64,000 nt of DNA from Owenia fusiformis (lineage: Eukaryota), in contig CAIIXF020000001.1 of assembly GCA_903813345.2 (NCBI GenBank), positions 39,618,001 through 39,682,000 on the forward strand. Reading direction: 5' to 3'. Under the pieces are notes generated by a model. That model saw nothing but the letters and a program-made list of their open reading frames with translations. It was not told the DNA's origin and did not search any database. Position 1 is the first letter of the stretch; each line of letters opens with the position of its first letter. Shown piece by piece: positions 13,977 to 25,900 of the stretch. A program made the position numbers and the translations under genes.

Positions 13977-16900
13977 ATGTTTCCTGTTAATGACATCATA
14001 TTCATTATAGGAATCTTTATTATCGGTAAGAATGACATTTCTGGAGACAATCACTGCCTATAGTATTGGAAATTGATTTGATATATGGGCTTTATTTGAA
14101 TGCATGATTTACCTCCAGGTAGTCTTGGAGCACCAACCAATGTACAAGAATATGAAGAAGTCGGTATACCGTTTCAAGCTGATGACGTCAAGTGAGTAAA
14201 TTTCTTCCTGGTGGATATACGAATTGAAGCAGACTGCTGAAATTAGAGGGGCTGGCCATGGAAAATGGGCTGATGGGTGGATATGAGGAGGGGGATATGA
14301 TGCTGAGAGGATGGTCTTATGGGAGGTGACTGATGATGATGGGATGATAGGAGGATGGAATTACGATGTGATGTGACGATGTGATACTGTGATGACAGGA
14401 GAATGAGAGGGTGTTTTATGGATGGTTGATACTGTTATGATGGGAGGATGAACGAGTGGTCTTATGGGAGGTTGCTACTGTGATGATAGGAGAATGAGAG
14501 GGTGGTTTATGGATGGTTGATACTGTGATGATGGGAGGATGAACGAGTGGTCTTATGGGAGGTTGCTACTGTGATGATAGGAGAATGAGAGGGTGGTTTA
14601 TGGATGGTTGATACTGTTATGATGGGAGGGTGAAAGGGTGGTCTTATGGGAGGTTGATACTGTGATGATAGGAGAATGAGAGGGTGGTTTATGGATGGTT
14701 AATACTGTGATGATGGGAGGGTGAAAGGGTGGTCTTATGGGAGGTTGATACTGTGATGATAGGAGAATGAGAGGGTGGTTTATGCATGGTTGATACTGTG
14801 ATGATAGGAGAATGATAGGGTCTTTTTTCAACTTGCTTCACATTGACTAAATTTTTTTTCAAAATCATCTACATGTTCTCAGAAATTCAAATCTGACTTT
14901 AGATTTGACATTTGACCTTCAAATCTGACTTTAGATTTGACATTTGACCTTCAATGACCTTCTCAAGGTCAAAAAAGGTCAAAAAGGTCTGTTTTCAACT
15001 TGCTTCAAATTGACTAAATTTTTTTTTCAAAATCATCTACGTGTTCTCAGAAATTCAAATCTGACTTTAGATTTGACTTAAGATTTGACATTTGACCTTC
15101 AATGACCTTCTCAAAGTCAAAAAAGGTCAAAAAGGTCTTTTTTCAACTTTGCTTCAAATTGACTAAATTTTTTTTTCAAAATCATCTACGTGTTCTCAGA
15201 AATTCAAATCTGACTTTAGATTTGACATTTGACCTTCAATGACCTTCTCAAGGTCAAAAAAGGTCAAAAAGGTCTGTTTTCAACTTGCTTCAAATTGACT
15301 AAACACTTTTTTAAAAATCATCTACGTGTTCTCAGAAATTCAAATCTGACTTTAGATTTGACATTTGACCTTCAATGACCTTCTCAATGTCACAAAAAAT
15401 GGTCAAAAAGGTCTTTTTTCATCTTGCTTCAAATTAACTAAAAAAAATTTCAAAATCATCTACATCAGAAATTCAAATATGACTTTAGATTTGACTCTAG
15501 ATTTGACATTTGACCTTCAATGACCTTCTCAAGGTCAAAAAAGGTCAAAAAGGTATGTTTTCAACTTGCTTCAAATTGACCAACTTTTTTTTTCAAAATC
15601 ATCTACATCTTTTCAGAAGTTCAAATTTGACTTTAACAAGTTCTCAGAAGTTCAAATCTGACTTTAGATTTGACCTTTGACCTTCAATGACCTTCTCAAG
15701 GTCAAAAAGGTCTTTTTTCAACTTGCTTCAAATTGACTAATTTTTTTTCAAAATCATCTACATGTTCTCAGAAGTTCAAATCTGACTTTAGATTTGACAT
15801 TTGACCTTCAATGACCTTTTCAAGGTCAAAAAGGTCTTTTTTCAACTTGTTTCAAATTTACTTAATTTTTTTTTCAAAATCATCTACATGTTCTCAGAAG
15901 TTCAAATCTGACTTTACATTTGACATTTGACCTTCAATGACCTTCTCAATGTCAAAAAAAGTCAAAGAGGGATTTTTTCAACTTGCTTCAAATTGACGAT
16001 TTTTTTTTTCAAAATCATCTACATGTTCTAAGAAGTTCAAATCAAACCTTCTTAAGGTCAAAAGGTATTTTCCAACTTGCTTTAAATTGACCAAATTGTT
16101 TTAGGTGGTGACATTTTGTCATGTTAATGCCTTGTGGATGGTTGATACTGTGATGATGGGAGGATGAACGAGTGGTCTTATGGGAGGTTGCTACTGTGAT
16201 GATAGGAGAATGAGAGGGTGGTTTATGGATGGTTGATACTGTGATGACGGGAGGATGAACGGGTGGTCTTATGGGAGGTTGCTACTGTGATGATAGGAGA
16301 ATGAGAGGGTGGTTTATGGATGGTTGATACTGTGATGATGGGAGGATGAACGTGTGGTCTTATGGGAGTTGGTTGATGTGATGATTGGGAGATTTGGAGA
16401 ATAAGCTGATGGGAGGATAGGATGATGAGTGGTATAGATGATGAATATATATTAGTATGGGAGCTAAGGTAATTCCGTGTCCTTTTTAGAGGCGAGCTAA
16501 GCGACATATATTTTTATGAACTATATGTGATACTTACCAAGAAAAATGATGTTGACAATTCTGAATCCGCGACGGCGTTGCTATGGTAACCAAGTCAATA
16601 AGCCACACCCACTTTTAGGGGCTCTTTTCAGTGTTTGGCCCTTATCTCCTTCATTATTGCTCAGATTTCGATGAAATTCACACCAAATGGAAGGTAATAG
16701 ATAACACACTAAAAATATATTAAGTTGGCAATTCTGAATCTGAAACTAGTTAATTAGTTTATTTCTTTTAGTTGAGTTTATTAGTTTATTACATTCATTC
16801 ATGTTTGGTCATAAACATTGAATAAATGTAATGAAAGTGTCCAATTCACGCTGTTGCTATGGTAACAGCAAGTAGCAAAACAATCCGCTGAAAACAAGAG

Positions 16901-19900
16901 AATTCTTCAGGAAATGTTACATTTTGGCCATCTGACTGACATGTATTCTTTTTAAAATTTGATGACAGAAAATAACCTAATAACTATAGACAATCATTTA
17001 ATTTGGATTGTGTTATATTTTGATGTCATAAGGGCAATTGTTAATCAGGGGCGCAGCAAGCTCTCAGTGGGGGGGAGGGGATTTTGTTTAATTTTACAAA
17101 AATTGATACAACTTCCTTCAAAACTGAGCTTGAAGCTTCGAGTCAAATGCATTTTAAAACTCTTCTATCTAATGGTTCTATTTTTATTGGTTACATATTG
17201 GTTACATGGGGTGCACTCATTACACCCCCTGGCTATGCCTATGTTAGCTATGGTAACCAGGTGAATATGCCATCCCCATGACCACGGGGGTCCACTGGAA
17301 TATGTTTAGGGCTTGGGGGCCACCGGGATGCTTTTAGGGGTCACAGGGGGCCACCAGGCTGCTTTTGATGGCCATGAAGAGCCATTTGCATGCTTCTGGC
17401 GGCCTCAGGGGGCCACTAGGATGGTTTTGGGGGCTACTGGAGGCTAATAGGATGCTTTCAAGGGCCACCTAGATGCTTTTAGGGGGCATAATGGGGCCCT
17501 TGAATGCGTTTTTGGGCCGCTGGGTGTCACTAGTATGCTTTTTGGGGGCCACTAAAATGATTTTGGGGTCCATAGGGGCCAATTGGAGTGCTTTTAGAGG
17601 CCACCTGGGGCCACTGAGATGCTTTTTGGGGTCACAGGGGGCCAAAATGATGCTTTCGGGGGCCACCAGGATACTTTTAGGGGGCATAATGGGGCAACTT
17701 GGATGCTTTTTTGGCCACTGGGTGTCACTAGTATGCTTTTTGGGGGCCACTGGGGCGGCAAATGGGAAGCTTTTTGGGGGCCACTAGAATGATTTTAGGG
17801 CCCATTGAAGTGCTTTTAGAGGCCACCTGGGGCCACTGAGATGCTTTTTGGGACCACAGGGGGCCAATGGGATGCTTTCAGGGGCCACTAGGATGCTTTT
17901 AGGGGGCCACTGGGGGTCACTTTTTGGGGGTCACTGGGGGGCAACTGGGAAGCTTTTGGGGCCTCTAGAATGAGTTTGGGGCCATTGGAGTGCTTTTAGA
18001 GGCCACTTTGGGCCACTGAGATGCGTTTAATCTAGAAGAAAGCCAAGGGGGGTTGTTTTGGAGTATATACAATGTTTTAATGCATAATATGTTGGTCTGA
18101 TGTGTTCTGATGAAGATTTGACATATATGCAGTAATGTTACCTTGAGCATTTTTTCTGCAAGGTCAGCAGAATTTGTAATATTCCATAAGTAGGGATTTT
18201 AAGAATCTAGTTTTAAGAACTTATATACTTGCTTTTACATGGTTTTAGTGATTTCATTTCACATTTACATGATTAACTTTGAACTGAACCTTGAAACAGA
18301 TAAAAATTAATGCTGTGATAAGTGCTGAGTCAATGGTAATAGTTATTTTTCTCATTTCAATTGATTTTACATATCTAATCAATTTACAACCATAAATTTG
18401 GACTTGAATGGTCAAAAATTAATGTTTTAAAGAACAAGGTTACTCTTTTAACTAAGATGTCAACTTAATTCGAAATATAATGTGCTGATGTCAGCAAAAT
18501 ACTTCATCAATATAGCAAAGCAGTCTTAAGCTTTAAATATTGCTAAAATGTAATATAAACAATTGAAATCTTGTATGCAAAATATGGATTTATTAACTAA
18601 TCATCTCATTAGCAATTGACCCTAGAGGCTCTTAGGGGGGGGGGGGGTGTACAAAAGGCCTTCACAGTTAAGGTTTTCTCTAAAACTTTTTAAAGGCATC
18701 AGGTAGAATCTTCAAATTCTCAGTAGCTGGAGGTAGAGATATGCAGAATTATATGTAGGGTAATTAATTTATTATGGTGTAATCATCAGCTCCAAGAGAC
18801 AAAACCTTATTATATAAACTCAGAATCACTAATTCTACCACATTCAAACCAGACAAGTATACAATCTTAGATCTAGTACGTTCAGAACAAAACATAGGAA
18901 AATACTCTATAAGGAAGACAGGGTCAGACCTGTGGAACACTTTACCTCATAAAATTACTCATTTTTATACTCTTTCTACCTTCAAAAAGAATTTAAAATT
19001 ACATTTGCTCAACAATTAACATCTATACTTAAAGAAAGAATCAGATCTAGTGAGCAGCCTAGCAAAGAAATTGTTTCAATTTTAGAATATTTCTGGCTTA
19101 TGTCATTCCTTTTCATGTTTTTTTTCTAAAAAACCCCAAAGTATACACATTATTTTAGGAAAACTAAAGATTTTTACAATAATGTATTATTTTTCTATAG
19201 GAATGGTGACCATTCTTATTATTTGGGAGAATTTAAACATTTTTCATCCATTTTTCAGATTGAATCTGTAACTTTACTGATTTATAACATATTGTGAATC
19301 TTTTGGGAGATAGTATTTGAGATTGTAAGGAATAGATTGGTAGGTCAATAATACATGTTGCTTGTAATTTTGTCACCCCATAGATCTGATTCTGCCTTTA
19401 ATCAAGGTCTAACTTTTCTGGAGAAAAATCTCTGGAGTAAAAAATTCACTTTTATAGCGTGGATTGAGGAGGATGGAGGATGGGGCCAACCAAATGTGAA
19501 AGATTTAGTGTTGATTTTTAATTCTAATGAGCACTGATTACTTGTATGAGTTTTGCTACTTGTCAATATTTTTTGTTTAGTATAAAAGGCATCATATGCC
19601 CCTTGGGGTGTCTTCGACTGTTGTAATTGTATTTGTATTATTTGGAATTTAGTAAATAAATAAAAAAAATTAAAATAAATAAAACGTGTTGTCTTGAGAA
19701 TAAAATTACACAATCTTAAATCATCATAGATGTAAAAGTTATTACACCATATAGTAAAAGTAGATAATTGAATGAAGTATATTTGGGGAGAGTTTCAACA
19801 TGCTAGCTTAACTAATAAAGATTCTGTAAGTGGCATCCTCGGATCAAAGGGCTTCAAAATCCAGAATATATTCTTGCTTTTTAACCCCTGCGATAAGCAG

Positions 19901-22900
19901 TTAGCATTTCCCCGATCAAGAACTCGTAATCTGATTGGCTGTCGCAACACTGCAACATAAATCATGTATAACTCATTGCGCATAAATAGATAATGAGATT
20001 CAGTTTAATTGGGCGCTCCCAAATTGGTAATTGCAGGGGGAAGAAGGAGGTACGCATTCTGTACATCTGCTTAGGAGGATGATAAGTGGGGGGGGGGGGA
20101 GTTTGTGGGATATGGCATCAATCAGGTGCAATGTTCTACTTGCATGTAGCAGAAAAATGAAGGCACTAGAAACTGAATGCATGAATCCTAACAGTCCACC
20201 CGCTATGGCTCAGTGGCAGAGAGAGTCAAGGTTACCAATATCGCTTGGCCCCGGGTTCGATTCCCGGTTCAGACAAGTTTGTTTGTGCGTTATGTAATTC
20301 TGGGTGTTTGACTGAGTGGTTCACGACACATAAAAGAAAACAGGGCTCCTCCAAGGAGAGGTTTCTGGCTCTATCTTCGAGTGTAAAATACGTAAAATAC
20401 GGAATATACCAATGAGGTATTGCTCGCCAAATATGGCGGTAACCAAGATATAATAATAATAATAATAACAACAACAGTATGCGCTAAATGGTCAAGGAGG
20501 ATTGGCTCCCAGAGTGCAACACCGATATTCTGTCCCATATATGGGCACGTGGTGATACGTGCGAACCCCTGTCAAAATCCTCAAAAGTTCATAAATTAAA
20601 TTAGGTAAGATTTAGCCCATTGAAGGCAGAAATATGTGATGAGTATCAGAATGGATTTAACCATTTACTGTGTTCATGTAGACCTATGTAGCATAGTAGT
20701 CCCATTCAAATCTAAAACAAGGGCGGGATGTCTAGGAGCAAAATCGTTTCATCTAAATATCTAAACATAGTAGTTGCCCATTTAATTCGATTCTTGATAA
20801 TAGTTTTTTTCTGAAAAGTTACTCATTCTCAATGAAGCAACTATGTATCTTTTAGAATCAATATTTTATAATGAAGTGTATTTTTAGAATTTAAATCTTA
20901 AATAAAATAGGATTAGTGTCAGAATGAAATGGATTACATTACAATTTAATAAATGAGAAAAGTAGAAACGGTATACTCTTTTATGATCAATGAGTTTTAG
21001 CTCATATGGACAAACTAGTGACAAAAATTAATGCCAACTTTACATTAAAAGATAATCTTGCAACATTAAACATTAAAATGCCACACAGGTTATCGTTAAT
21101 GAATAGATAGAATTCAACCATTTACGGTGTTCATATGTAGCGTATTAGTCCTGTTAGTATCTATAACAAGAGCAGGGTGTCTAGGAGCAAAATTATTTCT
21201 TCAGAATATTATACAGTAATACTAATTGGCCATTTATGAATAATAGTTTTTTCTGAAAAGATACGAATTCACAATAACGGAACGGGGTATCTTTTGGAAT
21301 CAATATTCTATAATGAAGTTTATTTTTAAAATAATCAAATTGAGTTAATGTAAAAAAAGGAATTAAAATTTATATGTTAATTAGTAAGCTAATTAATATG
21401 CATAAAAACACAGTTGTTATACACTTCTTTTACCCCTATACTCATAATTGAAATACTAGATCGTATTTATTCTACTCTAATTTAGGGTTATGTTATTCAA
21501 GTGAAATTAACTCCACTTGTAACACATTTATATTCTTAGATTTACAATGATACCAAATCTCTGTTCTACATTGTTTACATTGTTCCGGTAGTGTTGATTT
21601 AATGACTTAATTTGCATAATTACTGTATTTTTTCAGAGAGAGAATATTCACAGGTAGATATGTTTATTGCAAGTCATAAATTAAACAAAAATAACTGATA
21701 AGGGATATTTAACTCCATTTAAATAGATGAATACTACCAAATGTGCCACGCCCCCTTTCAGAAATATTACATAATTTTAAAAAGACAATAGAAAAAAACA
21801 CTCAACCTACCACAACTGCATATTTGTGGCTTTTTGACCAGGACATGTCTAACTATCAAAAAATGCAATAAAACATTGTATATACTCCAAAACAAGGTTC
21901 AATGATAAATCCTTTGTTTTCATCTAGACTATTTTCGGGCAACGTTTTGGGGCCACAGGGGGCCACTGGGATGATGTCATGGGTCACAGAGGGGTACTAG
22001 GATACTTTTGAGGGCCTCATAGCAGTACTAATTTGTTTTTGGGGGCCACTTGGGACAACTAGGATGCTTTTGAGGACCACATGGGGCCACTATAATGCTT
22101 TTGGGGGGCATCTGGGGGCTATTGGGATGCTTTTTGGGGCATCTGGGGGACACTAGGGTGATTTTGGGAGTCATAGGAGCTGCAAGTATGCTTGGGGGGA
22201 GGGGGCACAGGGGCCACTAGAATGCTTTTGGGGGTCACTCTGGGGCACTGGGGTGCTTTTTCGGATCACTGCCGTGCTTTTGAATGTCACTGGGGCCTAT
22301 TTAGTATTGAATTATAACAAACAGACTAAGTTCTAGTTAATGACAGTGTAAAATTACATGTTTGTTAAAGTTATGATATTATAAATTGGTTTTACAACCA
22401 CGAAATCATAACCTCTTAACCCAAAATGTTATCATGGGCACTTGTGTCTATATCCCGTATTTGGGATGCCTCAAGAACAAAAACAATTTTTTTCGTAGTT
22501 ATGTTACCCAGGTTAGAAAAACATAAAAATGATTTAAAAAATACTAATGCATTCAATCTGTTGTCATTATTGGGTTAAAATGCTTTTGACTTGAAGCTTC
22601 TAGCTCAATTTTGAAGGAAGTTGCATCAATTTTTGTAAAATTCATCTTAAAAACGTTTTTGGGTTGCTTATGCCACGATCGCCCCCCCCCCGACTGAAAG
22701 CTGGCTGCATCCCTGATTAATAATTGCCCTTATGACATAATAACATAACACAATCCAAATCAAATAATTTTCTATAGTTATAAGATTATTTTGTCATTAC
22801 ATTTTGAAAAGAATACATGTCAGTCAACTGGTCAAAATGTAACATTTCCTAAAGAATTCTTGTTTACAGCAGACAGTTTTGCTACATGATGTTACCATAG

Positions 22901-25900
22901 CAACAGTGTGAATTGAACATTTTTTATTTGAATTGGACATATTTCATTACATTTATTCAATTTTACTATGACCATACATGTATGAATGAAATAAACTTAT
23001 AAACTCAACTAAAAGACATAAACTAGATGAAAGCATTACTGACCATTTTAAATACAGTAATTTCACAGAGTTATACATCCGGATTAAGATAAAATATGCA
23101 AGAACAAACAGTTATGACGTCATAATTAAGATGCAAATTACCCTAATTGCATATTTTATAAAATATATGATTGCTTTATCTATTACCTTTCATTTGGTGC
23201 AAATTTCATCTAAAGCTGAGCAATAATGACGAAGATATGGGCAAAACACTGAAAGGAGCCCCTAAAAATGGGTGTGGCATATTTACTTTGTTACCATAGT
23301 GACGCTGCTGCGGATATATAATATATTTTGATTGCATTATCAATTACCTATAAGTGGGCATGGCTTATTCACTTGGTTACCATAGCAACGCCGTCGCGGA
23401 TCCAGAATTGCCAACATCATTTGTCTTGGTAAGTATCACGTATAGTTCATAAAAATATGTGTCGCTTAGCTCGCCTCTTAAAAGGACACAGAACCTCTTA
23501 TTTGGACTTTTGCTCCCAGACTATATATTAAATAGAAGGAATGGGGGAGCACTACATCAAATGCGTTTACTACATACTGATGCACGTTAAAACATTTTTC
23601 TTTAGTTTCCCATCGGCACCTGTCAATATCAGCAGAACGGCAGCTTTAGACGCCAATTTCAAATTTAAATGGGTGGCTATGGATGGCAGTATTTTTGATG
23701 AGAACAATGGGGTGGATATACGCATAGAGGTTGCTGCCACGACGAGTGTATCCCAGAATGCACATATGATAGTAAGCTGCTAAAGACACTAAGGTCTGTG
23801 ACACTGCGCTCTATTGGTTTGGCTCTTATTCAAGGAAAACATGTTATTAGTCATCTACCTACCAGGACCAGGACCAGATATAGCATTTCTTTACCACAGT
23901 GTCTTGATTAAGTATATGTTTGCACATTCTAAATATTACTCCTTAAAATATAAGTGCTGTCTGTATGTGTTTTTAGAACACGTAGTTTACGAACACTCTG
24001 TATACACAACTGAAAAAGCGTATTCTTTTCAATCATCGGACCCATGCATATTTGGACTAATAAAAAAGTATGAAGAATATATATCTCACCTTAAATCATT
24101 GTTCTATATCTGTTTCATTTATCTACCATTCCAGGGATCGAGAATCATCGCAAATATGCTGAGGTATGCGCCAGAGAGCTACTTTGAGGAGCTGGCCAAT
24201 AACGGACGAGTGGGACTGTTCATCAGAACGGAGGGGTCCACAGTCTACCCTGAGTATGAACACCTTCGCGACCGGCCCGAATGTGAAGGTAATATCCCAT
24301 CCTTTTTTATATGCCACTTGCATTTCATTTATATTATCGTTGATTGAAATCTTTGTATGTTGCTCTTGTTTAACGTGCTTAATATTTGCTCTTAGTATTG
24401 CTCCCACTCTTCCATTAGCACAGCCACCATGACACTCAACATTTGTTGTATTTTTTGTTCAATGAATGAATAACTTATAAAAATAGACTGAAGGATTTAC
24501 CGCAGAACTCAGTGTTTTTCAGTTTTGTTGTACGGTACAGTCATTTCAGGCAAAATCCAAACCATGCAAGGGTACAAGGAAAACAAACACAAACTCAAGA
24601 AAACACAAACTTGTTTGCTAAGAAATGAATACATTTATGGGCATAAAAAGGATGACATACCAATTCTATACATTTTATACAATATATTTAAACATAGCTA
24701 TTATTCAAGGGTAAATATTTATAAGAAAATACACAATGTATGCCAAGGCAATCACTAACACTGTCAATTTTGACGCACATCAAATTATCCGCCATTTCGT
24801 CTGATTCTGATTGAACGAAATGCGATGGTACTTTCAGACCCTTGCGATTGCTATTTTGATATGTTTGTTTTTTCTGATTTACTAAAAATCGTGCAAGCAA
24901 GGAGTCTCAAAACAAAGAATCTACTTCTTATGGCCTTATTGGGTTGTTTTGGTTTATATCATGCACAACTCATTCTACAAACAACTCGCGGTCCTTTGAA
25001 AACTGCTCGAAAAGTATGTTCAGTATATGCTATTTTGTCGAACTTGTGTAACAATGACCCTGATATATTTTCAAAATATTGGAGGTTAAGGCTCATATTC
25101 AGCTGTCTGATTTGGCACAATTGAAAAAATTCAAAGGATTTTTTTATGTTAACATAGAAAGAAGAACAATAAAACTGATTTGGGCTTATCTTGCCAAATT
25201 AAACCTGCAATTGACCGAGGTCTGCGAACAAATACGTTAACAAGCACGTCAATCAACGACTTCAATTTAATTTTAGGAACCTGTGAATTTGATTGTTCGA
25301 ATACCTGTACTAGTGATGGGAGAAAATATGACTCTCTTGCTGGCTTAGGTGGCCGGAGAGCGACCTGCTTAGATGACAACATCATGTGCAATAGCAATGA
25401 CCCATATAGGTCAACGTTTAACGTGTTGTCACATGAGTTTGCTCATACATACCACCAATACGCATTACCTGTCGATGTTCAAACAGAGGTATGGATCTTC
25501 AGAAAATGGATTTTAGAATTTTGGCTCACTTTTTAAATTGTTGGTTGATCTCTAAGAAATAAGTAACATTTTTCTTGAAAATTGTTTCCTTACAAATGTA
25601 ACTTATTTCAAAAGATTGGTCCCAGTTTTGGGTACATATTCGGGCACCGTGAAGAAATATATATGTTTCTCTGATATTTCTAGATCTTGTACAACAAATA
25701 ATTTTTTTTCATGAACTGATTTCGTTACTTTTCATGCGCATGCAGATCTCGCTAGCGTACCAAAATGCACTCGCCTTGGGTATATGGGACACTGGATCCT
25801 ACGCCATGAGCAATGAACTGGAGTATTTCGCAGAAGCTAGTACTGTCTTCTTTAATACTAATATCCATGGGAGCAGTACGGGGGGAATGAACAGGTACAA

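Larger units (their letters stand above)
16455..23521. mobile_element. Non-autonomous Mutator/foldback-like element with long imperfect TIRs
   Basis: Arm 16455-~17160 is the inverted copy of ~22575-23521 (e.g. gaggcgagctaagcgaca / tgtcgcttagctcgcctc). 9-bp TSD TATATATTA at 16446-16454 and 23522-23530; G...C termini. No transposase ORF inside. Confidence 0.75.

Noticed and set aside
14270..16440. Regular repeats as a CRISPR array, and ORFs 14598-14831 and 16223-16507
   Set aside because: The units are contiguous tandem copies without unique spacers, the context is eukaryotic with no cas genes, and the ORFs are translations of the satellite.
17469..17787. Overlapping ORFs on both strands (93 and 104 aa)
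   Set aside because: They arise from the GC-rich minisatellite; low complexity and no domain.
20198..20275. Functional tRNA gene
   Set aside because: A and B boxes are present, but no convincing acceptor or anticodon stems; it continues into a body and an (AAT)n tail, so it is better explained as a SINE.
16454..23522. Polinton/Maverick interpretation of the long-TIR element (AG...CT ends)
   Set aside because: No 6-bp TSD fits and there are no polymerase, integrase or capsid remnants; a 9-bp TSD with G...C ends fits better.
23814..24347. 177-aa ORF as a stand-alone gene
   Set aside because: Only 24135-24288 is exonic (exon 4 of the protease); the rest is open intron sequence.
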